From contig CM022673.1 in assembly GCA_012295275.1 (NCBI GenBank), forward strand, positions 9,238,001 to 9,302,000: a DNA stretch of 64,000 nucleotides, written 5' to 3'. This DNA comes from Chrysomallon squamiferum (lineage: Eukaryota; Animalia; Mollusca). The stretch's first letter is position 1, and every line of letters begins with the position of its first letter. Under the pieces are notes generated by a model. The model searched no databases, was not told where the DNA came from, and was given only the letters and a program-made list of their open reading frames with translations. Positions 29,052 to 43,190 of this stretch are shown in pieces. Position numbers and translations under genes: made by a program.

Positions 29052-31938
29052 CGGCGGTAGCTAATGTCGTGAAGAGTTCGCGCGCCTGACCCACGGTGCC
29101 ATTTCCTTTCTTAAAAACACGCACGTCATTCCTCGTGAGCTGAAGGAAATTATACCTAATGCTGGATTGTCACCAGTGAGGTAGGGAGTCCAGTGCTCGC
29201 TAAAGGAATTGATGCATTTGTGGAATGTGATGCCTCGGTTTGACATATACCGGAAGGTGTTTGCTCTACCGAAGAAGCCAATGCGGAAGTAGTATGTTTC
29301 TACTATCTGTCGCCATTGCATTTAGATTTCTGCGTTCAACCTTGAGAAAGGATGGATCTTCGGGAAGCGGAAGCTCTTAATTTTCTTGGTTTTCACAAAT
29401 GAAATTTAAAGAAAACACCGCTGTGAGATCTTAATGCTCAAACACTTTGCTGTGTGTTGTTGCATGTATCTCTGTCTTTCTCTTTTCCTTTCTCCTTCTT
29501 TGTCTGTCTCATTCTCTGCCTTTCTCTCTGTCTCCCTCTCTTTCACTTTCTCCATTTCTCTCTTTCTTTCTGCGTATTTCTCCATATTTCATTTCCTCTC
29601 GCTTTCTCTCGCTGTTTTTTCTTCTTTCTTTTTCACAGCTCTTTCTCTGACTCTTATTTCTCTTTAGTTAAATGATATACTAATGTTTCATGTTTTCTAT
29701 GGCAGCACTAGTGTTAATACCTGTAGCATTTGTTGTTGTTGTTGTTGTTGTAGCAGTAGTAGTAGCAGTTGCAGCAGAAGCATAAATACCATTAGCAAGA
29801 ATTTCAGAAGTAGTAGTTTTAGTTACAGTAGCAGAAACAGCCGAGATAAAATAGAATAGTATTTATTACTCATTGTTTTCCCAAACTGAATGAAAAGAAA
29901 ATGAAAACAACTTTTTCTCCACTGAATTTTTTGTTCTCAGAACATTCCCTACAAAAAAACAATCGATGTCAGAAAAGAAAAAAATTCTTAAAAGAACTTT
30001 GGTAATTTGATTACCCACAGAAGTTTGGCTAAAGCCGTTCTCACCATGTATTCTAAGAAAGTGTTTCACTTAAAGACGCTATGACAATTCTCTGTAATGC
30101 CTATCACTTTGTTTTTCATCTCTGTTGCTGCACTCAAGTCTCAACATTAAAAATTCAAGCGAATTACAAGTCTGCACGTGTAATTACTTTACATGGTTAT
30201 TTCCTTAAGGGTGTCGGTTTGTCGTAGCTGGGTCTTTTTTTATACTTGTAACTGTAATAAAATATTTAAAAACTTAAACTACGTGGAAATATATACTTTA
30301 CAAAAATATTGTCGTAGTCGAATAATAGCCATAATTAATATAAATATTATCTTTTATAGATAAATAGATAGATAGATAGAGAGAAAAAAATATAGATATA
30401 TGATTGTATTTATATATGTATGTATTAACATATTAATATATGTCTATATGCAACCATACCCTATAGCTGTTTACGATTGTTTGTTTTTTCTGTGCAAGTA
30501 TTCATCTCTACAATAATTTTAAAATCTGTTTATCTCTCCAACACGGTTCTGATTATAACTATTGATTGCTTTAATTAGTAATAACGCAATTTGTTTGAAA
30601 GCTAAATGCGTAACCTCCGCGAGGAACTTGTCTTACTTCTTTACGAACGCAGAAACGCAGTATATGCACGTGCACAGCGGGTATTTAAATACCCATAATT
30701 CCTTGTTATTAATTTCTCTGAACGAAATCTGTATAGATAAAGACTTTACCGCTAAGACGACTCAGCCTGTGCGGCTCCGCGTTGATTAAAACCAATAAAG
30801 AGATTGATTTTGTATTGTGGTACAGCGAGAGATTTTCACCAGAGAGTTTAATTATGTTTGCACTCACATGTTGGATGAATATCAATTTGTCTTAAGTTTA
30901 CTGACACACATAATTAATGTCATTTGGGTATCCCCTGGTGTTAATTTTCATTTTTATTATTATTATTATTTTTTTATTTTATTTTATTCTTTTTATTATT
31001 TTTTTTTTTTTTTTTTTTTTTTAAGATGTGCAAGCCACAGTAAATATTATTATTATTATTATTATTTTTTTTTTTTGTTTTTTTTTTGTTTAATAAAATT
31101 GTGTACAGGTAAGCTTATAAGAGGAAATTTAATTTGTTTTATTTCAGTGATTAGTACCTCTGTTTGAAGGACTACGTTACGTTTAATGCGACACGTGTAA
31201 TAATATTGCTCTTAAAATTATGAGTTTTCACGCAGATCTGCTCTTTCGCTCAGTGGGATTCGGGATTAAGAATATAGGTTACGTTATTGAGCTTTATTCT
31301 CGCTTTTAATTTATTTGTGTTTAATTTTTTTTAATTTTTTTTTTTTTTTTATTATTTATTATTATTATTTTCATCTTATTTAGAACGGTTATCACATACG
31401 ATTACAAACACATGGGTGGTTTTTTTCTAATACTTTCAATAACTAAATCATTTCAAATAACAGTTATTAAAATCCGACAAGAAACAAAACCAAGATGACA
31501 AGGATAATCAGATATAAATTTGAACTGTTCATCAAATTACAAACTATTAAGAAAATCAGAAAGCCTTATTATAACTAAACTGTTATTAAATAATATTAAA
31601 ACATAAATCTAAGAGACTTAACATTAAGAAGTTTTAAACTAAAAGCCACCGTCTCAGAATACAAGTTTGGAATCATGCTGTCACGGATTTTAGAAGATGC
31701 AGTCTTGTATTTAATATATTATTATTCCAATATAGAAAATGAGCTTTCGTCACAAAATGCATGTATGTATGCATGTATGTGTGTACCTTATCATCATCGT
31801 CTCCATCACGATCATCAACGTTATCAGCATCATCATCATTACTACTACAATCAATTATTCATCGAAAAGAAAGTCCTATTGAAAACACTATATCGCTAAG
31901 CAAGATTTCTACACCTTAGTTACAGCCTTCATTAAATG

Positions 31939-32020
31939 CCACCCAATCGCTCTTTATGTCCACCCACCTTCCACCACACTCTTTATAAGCCCCACCAAAA
32001 TCGGTGGATCAGTCAGTAGA
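31939..32020 (+). promoter_or_regulatory. Putative internal Pax6 promoter (CCAAT, CACCC, TATA-like, Inr)
   Basis: CCAAT 31943, CACCC boxes ~31940 and ~31961, TATAAG 31984, TCAGTC/TCAGTA Inr 32009-32018, followed by a CpG-rich stretch and a GTAAGT donor at 32378. Confidence 0.5.
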
Positions 32021-33089
32021 AATTTTTCAATCTAACAGACCGAAAGACCTACGAGCCTAGGAAAAAAAAAAAAAAAAAAAAGACGCGATGACGTGCCTTC
32101 TAGCAGAAATCGATACGTCATGTAATGTATTAGCATGAAGAAACGACAGTCTGATCATTTCTATCAGTGTGTTTGTCACTTAATATTTCATCGTTATTAA
32201 TATTCCTCAGTCAATTGCCGAGACGCTCGATGCGATTTCGAATGATGAAAACGACAACGGGACTATTTGCCGCGAGCGCGCGCTGATTTAACGCCAGAGC
32301 CAGAGAGACAGAAAAACCGTCGAGCTTCCCGAGATTGTTGCGCGATTTACGGCCGAAATCTTGAAGGGTAGTACACCGTAAGTTTAATCATCATTTGAAC
32401 GCGGAGCGTGTTTTGAGGTTTTCTATGCTTTGACTGATGTCATTTCGCGACGACCTTCACCTTCCGGGTCATCCGTTTCGTTCGCGGTGGCAAGTTGTGT
32501 TGCGTAGAGTTCCTTGTGTAGAGTGATTCAAATAAATTTGGTAATTTTTCTGTTTGTGTTTTATTTTTTTTTTTGTATTGCGGTTTTATTTATTCATTTT
32601 TCTTTTCTTTCTGCAAATATTTATGTAATATTTATGCAATATTTATCCAATAAGCACAAGAAAAGAATTAAAGGACAACTAATATTATGGTTTATAATTA
32701 TTGCTATGATGATCTTCATCATCTCTTTCAGCATCATTATGACATCATTATTTATTCCGAAATATATAATTTTTCTTCTTAAAAATGAAAGCAAAGTCAG
32801 TGAAAAGATAAATAGAAATTCCCCATCTAATAACAAAATGGTGTTGTTGTTTTTTTCTTTAATAATCTGTTTTACGTGTTTTCTCGTCCTTTTTTATTTA
32901 TTTTGTATTAATATTATTTTTGAATGTGTTTTATGGTGTGTTTGTTTTATGCTAATAGAACATTTATATAAAAAAAATTACTACTACTAATAATAATAAA
33001 AAAAAATTGTCCAGACCTTTGGCTCAAAACGTTTGGCATAAAACCAAACCTACATATATAAATTCTATTTTATGTTATTACTTATCCTT

Positions 33090-33850
33090 ATTAGCATTTT
33101 AACAGTATTCACACCAGTAATATCTTCAATAACAAAATTCCGCTTGTAATACTAACCACGGTTATTTAATTATGTTCCAGTGTACTGTGATTAATAATAA
33201 ATGTAACCCATAACATTAACTAACTAGATTTTTACCAGTTCCACAGTAATATCAAATATTCATCATATGTCCCAATAACCGATTTAACTTTATTCCACTT
33301 TTTGTATCACAAATTAAAAACATTCTCCAAATTTATATATAAAAAAAAGAGTCCCTAATTAGTGTTTTAATTACATTCCAGTACTGAATTATAAAAATGA
33401 AAACATCCCAATTACATTTAACGATTAATAATTCAACAACGGCACATTTAAAACAAAAAGCCCTAATTAACGCTTTAACAATATTCAATTTTAGTATCAG
33501 AAATTTATTAATAAAAAAAAAAGTCCTAATTAGTGTTTGAATTACATTCCAGTACTGAATAATAATAATAATGAAGATATTACAATTTTAACTACAATAA
33601 TTCTACTATAATATCTCCAATGATAAATTTAACACAAACCCTAATGATCGGATCAACTATTCTCATCTTTTACTATCACAAATTTATATAAAAAAAAAAA
33701 TCCTAATTAACGTTTTAATTATTTTGCAGTACTGAATAATAAAAATGAAGACAACAAAATATAACACAAGCAATAATTAACGGTTTCACCTATAGTCTCT
33801 ATTTCTAGTATCACAAATTTAATAACATAAATACAAAAATAAAAAAAAAT
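33090..33850. repeat. Degenerate tandem repeat (~60-bp monomers, ~175-bp higher order) abutting the paired-box acceptor
   Basis: CCTAATTA(G/A)(T/C)GTTT..ATT....CAGTACTGAAT..AATGAA at ~33354, ~33525 and ~33702. Interleaved ...TATCA(C/G)AAATT.. units at ~33305, ~33494, ~33674 and ~33808. Confidence 0.75.
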
Positions 33851-33883
33851 CTCTATTTAGTTTTTGTTCTGTTTATTTTACAG

Positions 33884-34230
33884 GACACAGCGGAGTAAAC
33901 CAGCTGGGTGGGGTGTTCGTGAACGGCAGACCTCTGCCAGACTCGACGAGACAAAGAATCGTAGAACTCGCTCATAGCGGGGCAAGACCTTGTGATATTT
34001 CCAGGATTCTCCAGGTGTCAAACGGGTGTGTCTCCAAGATCCTGGGAAGGTATTACGAAACAGGGTCGATCCGCCCGAGGGCCATAGGAGGCAGCAAACC
34101 CCGAGTGGCCACTAATGACGTTGTGGGACACATTGCAAAGTTCAAGCGAGAGTGTCCGTCAATTTTCGCTTGGGAAATTCGAGATAGACTCCTTTCTGAT
34201 GGCGTCTGCAACCAGGAAAATATACCAAGT
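33884..34230 (+). CDS. Pax6: Pax6 paired-domain exon (347 nt, phase 1 to 0)
   Basis: TTTTACAG| then (G)[76 protein letters not shown]...[14 protein letters not shown]...NIPS|GTAAGT. Pax6-diagnostic ILQVSN residues are present. Confidence 0.99.
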
Positions 34231-36117
34231 GTAAGTCTTTTTTAATCATTAATTTATATGTAAAATATTATATTTGCCTGCTTATGCAGATACATACATA
34301 CCTACATTCATATATATATATATATATATGGATACATGTAAACATACATACATGAAACACTTTACCTAATTATATGCATTTCCATACATACATATATATA
34401 CACACACATATTCACACATGTAGACATACACACATGTATAATACACACACACACACGTATATATATATATACATACATACATACATACATACACACACAT
34501 ACATATATACACACACATCGAAATACATACACGAATACATACATTTACACACAAACAGTTTAATATCTAATGACAGACTTTGTGCAGTACTGAATGCTAA
34601 AGTGGAAGAAAAATAACAGGAGAGTGATAAAGAACGAGACAGACAGACAGACAGACAGACAGATATATACTGACAAACCGAGAAATGAATTTTAATCTCC
34701 CTTCTAAACCAATAATAAGAATATAATGCTGATCACAAAAAAAATTAACAAGAAATATTTAATTTCAAATGACTAAAAATAAAAAAAAAAAAATGGCGAA
34801 GAGTAAATTACGTGTGTTTTGTGACATTTCGTCCATGTAAAATAATTAACCGTAAAGTCTTGGAAATTTACTGCTTCGAGGCAAAATAAAAAAAAAAAAA
34901 AAGAAAAAACTAAATTACAAGAAAAAAAAATAATTGTCCAATAATATTTTAATACAGCGAGGTGAGAAGTAATTATTTAGGTGAAACAATTTTGAGTGTT
35001 GAAATATGATTTACTTCGCGGAAGCAACTTATAAATTGAAATAGGTGTCGCGTTATGTCACGTGATCACACATCATTCTTTTTCTATATTAATAAAACGC
35101 CAGAGGCACTTATGAGGCGTCAAATGATTATGAACAATAATCTTTTTTTTTTCTTCTTCTTCTTCTTTTTTTTTTTTTTTTTTTTTTTGTTCTTTTAAAT
35201 AATTCTCAGGAAGTAATTCAGGATGCGTATTTTTGATGAAAATTATTTTAACTAATAAAAACAATATTAATATGGTTAATGCGTGTATGTATAAGTAAAT
35301 ATGTGCATGCATGTTATGTTTAATAGTATAAGGGTACATATTTTAATTAATAGAGTTCTGAATATTCGAATAAACAAACAAATAAAAATATAAAAAAAAT
35401 AAAAAAAAAATAATAATAATAAAAAAATAAATAAATGAATTAATGACAGTATATTTTTATTACCAAAACAAAATGACGTGCTAATGTCCACGTTAAAATG
35501 ATTTAACGATTTTCAAAGATATAATTAATTTTTTAGACATAAATGGTTTATAAAATAATCCACTTATCTAATTTTTCTTTCTTTCTTTTTTTTTTTTTTT
35601 TTTTTTTTTTCTTTCTCATCTAGTAAGTATTGCACATGGTTACTGTTAGTGCGTATTCAAATTCAACTAAATCTGTACTTTATGAGCTTAGGCTTAGACG
35701 TAATGTAAAACAGGTTGACCTAGCCTTTATCACGTGACATGACGTTATAACTGTGAAAATCGACAAGAGCTAAATATAAGAAGTATTTTGATTGTTGTAA
35801 CATATATTAGCATGATTAATTATTGTGTTAAAACTGAACTTTTGTTCTCATTTCATTTACGCATTTTTATGAAAAATTCAGCTGATTATTTTTAATTCTT
35901 GAACGTAAAGCATAAAATACGATATCACTGACCGATAGAATTATACGTATATTTAGTGTGTGCATATATTATATTTATATACACGTGTTTGTCCATTCCT
36001 TACTAAATATAAATTCGTAGGTCGTTAACAAGTCTTTATCAGCTTTATTCACAATTTTTCCCATTTAAATTAGATCTCAAACATTACGTTACTCTGAAAC
36101 TAATAACCTTTATTTAA

Positions 36118-36150
<33 letters not shown>

Positions 36151-36445
36151 TACACTCACACATTACATATATAAAATATAATATATAACACGATGACCAA
36201 ACAAATCACATACACACACACATTAGAAAATAAAGAGAAACACGATGACCAAACAAATCAGAAATAAATAAATAAATAAATAAATAAAGACGAAAAATAA
36301 CTGTGACAAATTCATCATGGCGTCCAACAACGAGCTGCTTAAGTCCAATCCTAAAGCACTGTAAACAGTCCGCTACGCTTCGTAATAACACCATGTTCTC
36401 GTTTTCTCCTGTCACTGTGTTCACATGATATACGATATATATTTA

Positions 36446-36484
<39 letters not shown>

Positions 36485-37033
36485 CCTCGCCACAAGGTGT
36501 GCTTGGCCTTTCTCAGGTGTTATTTAATGGCGTAAACAATGAGTCTGACTATAAATAATTGCAACGACTTTCTTCAAAGACAATCGGCTGACAACGCTGG
36601 AAACATATTGCCAGACGGTTTCGACTATGTGCTAAAACAAATGCTGGCGTTTGTCAGAAGAACTTAATTACTTTTTGTAGGTCTGTACACCTGTTTAGGT
36701 AGGAAAAGAAAGTGATTGTTGTCCAAGTGTAATACATACATACATACATACAGAACATACGGTGCAAAAGTATATGTAATGTAAAGTAATGAGTATTTTT
36801 TTTTATTTCGTACCATCGTAGTTAATTTCGTAAATGTTTTAACTGTGCAAGCATAAGTAAGAATAATGTAAGTAACATGTGTGTAATTAAATATAGATAT
36901 ATTCTTATAGAACTGCGCAACACTCTTAAAATCTGATGCATATACACATTTGTGAAGTAAATATTTATTTAAACGTTTCCACAAATTAAAATAAAATATT
37001 CATATAATATTATAGCCATCATAAAAGCATATT

Positions 37034-37250
37034 TTAAATAAACAAACAAACAAACAAATAAATAACAAAAAAAAACAAATAAGTAACTAAATAAACAATG
37101 AATAAACAAACAAACAAACAAATAAATAAATAAACAAACAAACAAACAAACAAATAAATAACCAAAAAAAACAAATAAGTAACTAAATAAACAAATGAAT
37201 AAACAAACAAACAAACAAATAAATAAATAAACAAACAAACAAACAAATAA
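37034..37250. repeat. Compound (AAAC)n/(AAAT)n repeat with internal duplication
   Basis: Direct read; AAATAAGTAACTAAATAAACAA occurs twice. Confidence 0.9.
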
Positions 37251-38841
37251 ATATGTAAATAATCCTCGAAAATCACGGGTATTTTGTTACATTTGCTGTC
37301 AAACACTCCCCCACAATATTTATTTATTTTTTAATATTTTTTTATTTAAATATAACATCTGACATCAATTATTTATTTGTGTACGAAGCTTAAAGAGTGG
37401 CTTCGTTGAACTATGCAGTGATAAATGAAAATAAACGCTCACACGTCCCGTCATTTCGTTCTGAAGTCACCGGGCCAATGTTTTCGCCGCTAAGAAAAGG
37501 GGGAACGGTGGCTTCATATTGTCCTATTTAGAAAAGCTAACACCGGGACTTTCGTCTTAGGAGCGCCTAAACTAAGGCACCCCTGTCGCGCCGCCATTGA
37601 AGAGAACTGTGTATTGGGATGGCATCTGTTTGTATGCGGTCTTTTTTTCTCTCGCGACATCAAAGCTATCATCCGGTGGATTCTCGATTGTTCACAACAG
37701 CCTGGCGCTTTGCGAATGTAAAAGATATTATATTTAACATGCTTTGTGACGAAATTGCTGCTTTTTCGCCAAAAGTACCCCTCAGAGCGACCGAGTTTGA
37801 TTCAAGAGAAATGATTTCAAATAGTTTTGCCTTCACGCCCCGTAAATTTCACAGTAGGAATTCAGTGTACGAGAGAGTTATAAAAACTTCTCAGGATGGC
37901 TATTAAAATCCGTCAAGTCGCATTCGCTCGCTAACGATTTCATAAACCGTTTATTTTTCTGCAAAATGCCGTATTTGTTATTCATGTCGTCTTTTTAGGC
38001 GCTTTAAGAATTTCGATTCCCGCTGTGTGAGGGTACGTAGTAAACGGAGTAAAGATCTAAATGGTGCTCGTGTAAAATCAAGACTTGAAATACGTAAAGC
38101 CCTCGTAAAAACTTGTAGAGGAATGCAATTTCCACCCCGTGCGTGAACGTGTAAAATTTCAATTTGCGTCGAAATTACTACAGCAATATCCACTTTAAAT
38201 GTCTGAACGATCGCCATCAAAAGCGCTTTGCGTACGCAATCGTAAAATAATAATGTGTTTTTTTCTGTTTTTATTTATTCCTAAATGAATGCTCACCAAG
38301 AATCAGAATTTTATTTCCCTCTCGCCTTAATTTTATACTCCGTTCCCCCTACTGTGTTTTTCAGTGATATAATTTTCTAGGGTTATAGCTTGAAGAATTT
38401 ACATTTTTGGCTTTGTTTAGAAGAAAACGTACGTGTATATATAAAACTAATAAAACAAAATAAAGGAAGTAAATAATAGATGTTTTAAACAGAGAGGTGG
38501 ATAAATAATAAGTAAATAAATAATATAATATAATATCAGATAAGAAGAATAAACATTAAATACAACAACAATGAAATTTACACGACGCTGGCTACAACGA
38601 CAACAACATCGGCAATAGAAATAATAATAGCAGCAGCCACTGTATGCCATAATAGTAGTAATAAAGATAATAAAAGCAGGAACAGTAAATCATAACACAA
38701 CTACTACAACAACAACAACAACAATGATATAATAATAATAATAATAATAATAACAGCAATAACCATAGTTATAAATAATAAATAATTAACAACAACAGCA
38801 ATAACCATAGTTATAAATAATAAATAATTAACAACAGTATC

Positions 38842-38872
<31 letters not shown>

Positions 38873-39797
38873 CCGCGCACTTTACTCGTACAATATATTT
38901 CGTTGATCAATCCGCTTGCGGTCCTTAATAAGCAACACAATCTCAGCTGCAGTATTTTTTTTCTCTCTCTCTCTCTCTCTCTCTTTCTTTCTTTAATTCT
39001 GATCAAAATTGAAAATTAGTATAAATCCCCAGTAAAACCGATTTGCTCTGGGACGGAATTACACTGTCTGCAGCAAGGGAGTATTGGGGTGAGGGCTCGA
39101 ACAATGCGAACCGTAAGAAGATCTGAAGAGATGCTTAGTTCAGGTTCAGGTATATTTAATTATCCTTAAAATTTGCACTTGGAATATGCATTCATTTGGA
39201 GCATTAGGCTGGGATTCAGGTGCCGCGAGAGTTATAGACTATTAGATTGACATCGCGATTAAATTGAGGGTGAGATAGATTAATTTGGCGTTGATTCGTA
39301 AGAAATCTCCCAAGGCGATCAACACTGGCTTGATATGTTTGTCGTTTCTGGGCTTCACTGTTTGTTCGTGCCTTTTGTTAACGTGGAGGATTTTGTTATG
39401 TGCATTCATATGTCTCTTTATGAGACTTTTTTTTTCTCTTTCTACCGTGTCTTGCATTCTGTGTATCCATGCGAGAGAGTGTGTGCGTGTGCACGATTCA
39501 AATTTTTTCCATCCTTTTCTTTTCTCGATTATTTGTCCTACTTTTTTTTTTCTAAATTCAGTCATTTTATTTTGCTTTACTTTTTATATTTATTTATTTA
39601 TTTATTTATTTATTTGTGTTTTATTATGAACATAGAGAAAGCATACCCCAATATAATTGTTGCAATGATTTCTACAAGATTCAGAACACGTAGAAAAACA
39701 CAAAAATATTAGATGTAATTCATTATTTTATTTGATATTTCCCTTGTTCTAAAATTTTGTTCCTGTCTTACGAACGTAAACATCATATATTTGCTTT

Positions 39798-39800
<3 letters not shown>

Positions 39801-39888
<88 letters not shown>
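39801..39888. repeat. (CT)44 microsatellite
   Basis: Direct read. Confidence 0.97.
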
Positions 39889-39891
<3 letters not shown>

Positions 39892-40259
39892 ATAAATTTT
39901 AAATTGTCTCTATTACATCTTCGTGTAAAATCACTTGCTAGCTAATTCGCGAGCAGGAGACACGATCATCCCTGGACTGTAGTTAAACTGTCAACAAGAC
40001 ATCTTCCAACGGGAAAATCTCCTCCCATTTCCCCGTAATTGCAAAACCTCGTACCAATTATTCCATGGAAAAGTCTTCCGCCCGCAGGCACCCATCAATG
40101 AAAGGTTTAAAATTTTTTTTTTTTTTTTTTTTTTAAAAAGAATAAAATTAAATGAAAACTAAAGAAAGAAAAACTTACCGTACAAAAATAATAATAATAA
40201 TAAGAATTAAAGTGAAATGGTAAATATTAATAAGAAAATATGTGATATATTTTTCAATA

Positions 40260-40363
<104 letters not shown>

Positions 40364-42581
40364 ATGCTTAGCTAAAATATATATATATATAAGAAAAACT
40401 AAAAAAGATTTATTATGACAAATATAAAAATATAGATATGAAATATTTTTTTAAAATCTTTAAGAAAGAAAATCCCTACTTATACAAAAAAGAACTGTGG
40501 TTAAGCAATAACTGGTGAAAGATTTATTATAGCAGAATAAAGTAATTAGTTTGTTTTAAACGTTTTAAAAATAACTCTTATATACTATACATAATTAAAC
40601 CAAGTAAATAAATTTTAAAATGCAAACTATAAATATGAAACACTGTAGCAGAACTATATATAAAAAAATAATAATAAATAAATAAATATAAAAATAATCA
40701 AACTTATAAAAATATGTTGGTGATAATAAGACCAGATCGATATAAACGTTTAAATAAGATTCAGTTGAATTTTTGCCCTTTCGTCCAAAAAAAAAAAAAA
40801 TTATCTTTTTGAATTTTAATTTGTTAATTAATAAAGATAAGAAAAATAAATTTCACTTAAAATATATTTCGTATAATTTCAACTATTTACTGAATTTTAG
40901 ATCACATGTTCCAATCAATAAAGCATCTGGAGTATTTGGGTAGTATTTAATAATTAATTCGCTTCTTTTATTATTTATCATTTCCAAACACATTTTTTGC
41001 TCAATAAAAATGACTAAATACACAAAAATAGTGAACTGACTAAAAGCTTTGTTTGGGAAATTAATTAACTAAAATATGTTTTCAATCATTCGAAACAATG
41101 GCACTAAATCATAACACGATCCCTATCAAAACAGCGAACATCGCAACTTCTTTGCGACAGACTAAGAAACAAAGACTCTTTTATTGTTTTTACTGAGACA
41201 GAGGACTTGCTGAGTTCTTTTTTCCCTCGTCCCACATTTTGTAAAAGTTTTACCATTGTTAATGTATTTAACGCTACTTAATCCTTCATTTTGTTTTTGA
41301 GTTAATAACCTTTCACAATAACACGTAGCAGAGCGAGACATTATCAAGCATTTCACAAAACACTCGCGTTTGTTTTACTTCTGCTCATTAGAACAGACTT
41401 TCCCCGGGACCAAAACCTTCTTTTATTTGCCTCTATATGCCTCTGTGCACCTTTTGAAATATTAATTAATACTTGACACATCTGGGAGCATTTTTCTCCA
41501 AAAATCAAATTCTGTCCGCATGACTAAACAATTTTCCAACTGACTGGACTTCTCAACTCGCCTTCTTACTCATTTGCATCTCCCTTTCTTTGTGCGTTGC
41601 CGAAAACTTGGCCCTAATGTTCATTTGGCTCCAAACCCCGACTGCCTCTTGCAGATAATAAACGTCACAGATTTATTAAATCGTGAAAGAAACCATTTTT
41701 AGCTGAGGAAAAGTGTAGTTATCTGGCCAAAAGAATTACGCATCAGTGAACATTTAACTGTCTCCAACACCGTTAAAAAGTCCAAAAAGCCTCGAGATGG
41801 ATGTGCCTCGGACAAATAAACGGTCGCCCGCTCGCGTAAAAGACTTCGCTGAAAAACCAGGCTTCCTGAAAAGTCAAAGAAAGTCTGCTGCTTTCCCACA
41901 TCCACTCGCGAGGGCGCGGTTTGCAGAACCGATCACCTTCGTCCGCTCAACAAAAAACGACATTCTTTATCTTCTTGTATTCGGATTTTCCTCCATTTGT
42001 GCTGGAGCACCCGGCAATTATGACCTGGAGTACAGCCACTTTTCATTCGGGTTCGCGGTCGAAGGATAAAAAAAAAAAAAAAATTATAAAAAAATTAAAA
42101 AAAAAAAAAAAAAATTAAAATGTGGCGCGAAAATGCACGTCCTCGTCGTGGTCTCGCGCATTTGACAGGTAGCTCGTTAGCAGACGATAAAAAGACAAAG
42201 TGGAAAGGCGAAGTCCGGTTGAGTTCTCCATCAGTCGTGTAGTCTTTTATCACCCTCAAAGACTGCGGAAAGACAAAAATGAAACTCATTTATTATATCC
42301 CAGTGATGAGTAAATTTTGTTGGCTGCTGAATAAGGAAACTAATTACAGCGGAACTGCTTCATATGACTAATGGCGATGATTCGATCTGTTACGAATACA
42401 CTGGTCGTTGCAGTCGCCCTGTTTAGACGTGTATCAATCAAGTAGGTCCAGGTTATTATAGTCGTTAAATGTCTGATAAGGAACCGACAGAAGAAGAAAA
42501 AGACAGGAGAGAGACGATAGATAAAATTAGAGAGGGGAAAAAAGATGTATTAAGAAGGGGAAAATTTCTGTTTGTGTGTGT

Positions 42582-42737
<156 letters not shown>

Positions 42738-43127
42738 GAAAAAAAGACAGCAGTTATAAATTGAACGATAAGAGAAAGCGCGGGAAAAACAGAGGCATAG
42801 AAACAGTGAAAGTTAATTCATTTATGTGTCAACGTTATTACGTCTTTTTCCAAACCACGCCTAGTGATTCAGACATACGGAAAACAAACTTAAAATAAAA
42901 CATTGACTAATTAATAAGAACTAGAACTGCACGCTAATATTTCATATCTTTTTAATTAATGCATTTTATTTCTTCTTAAACAAATTGTCTGACATTTTTA
43001 ACCTTCTCCTAAATCAGATACACACACACATACACACACACACACACACACTTCTCCTAAATCAGATACACACACACACACACACACAATTCTCCTAAAT
43101 CAGATATACACACACATACACACATAC

Positions 43128-43190
<63 letters not shown>

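Noticed and set aside
30003-30013. Perfect P3 homeodomain-dimer site TAATTTGATTA
   Set aside because: At roughly 70% AT a few such matches are expected by chance in 64 kb; no independent support.
32437-32526. Short ORF MSFRDDLHLPGHPFRSRW... as an alternative first coding exon
   Set aside because: Only very weak phase-1 donors (G|GTCATC, C|GTAGAG). The GC donor at 32490 is in a frame blocked by TGA.
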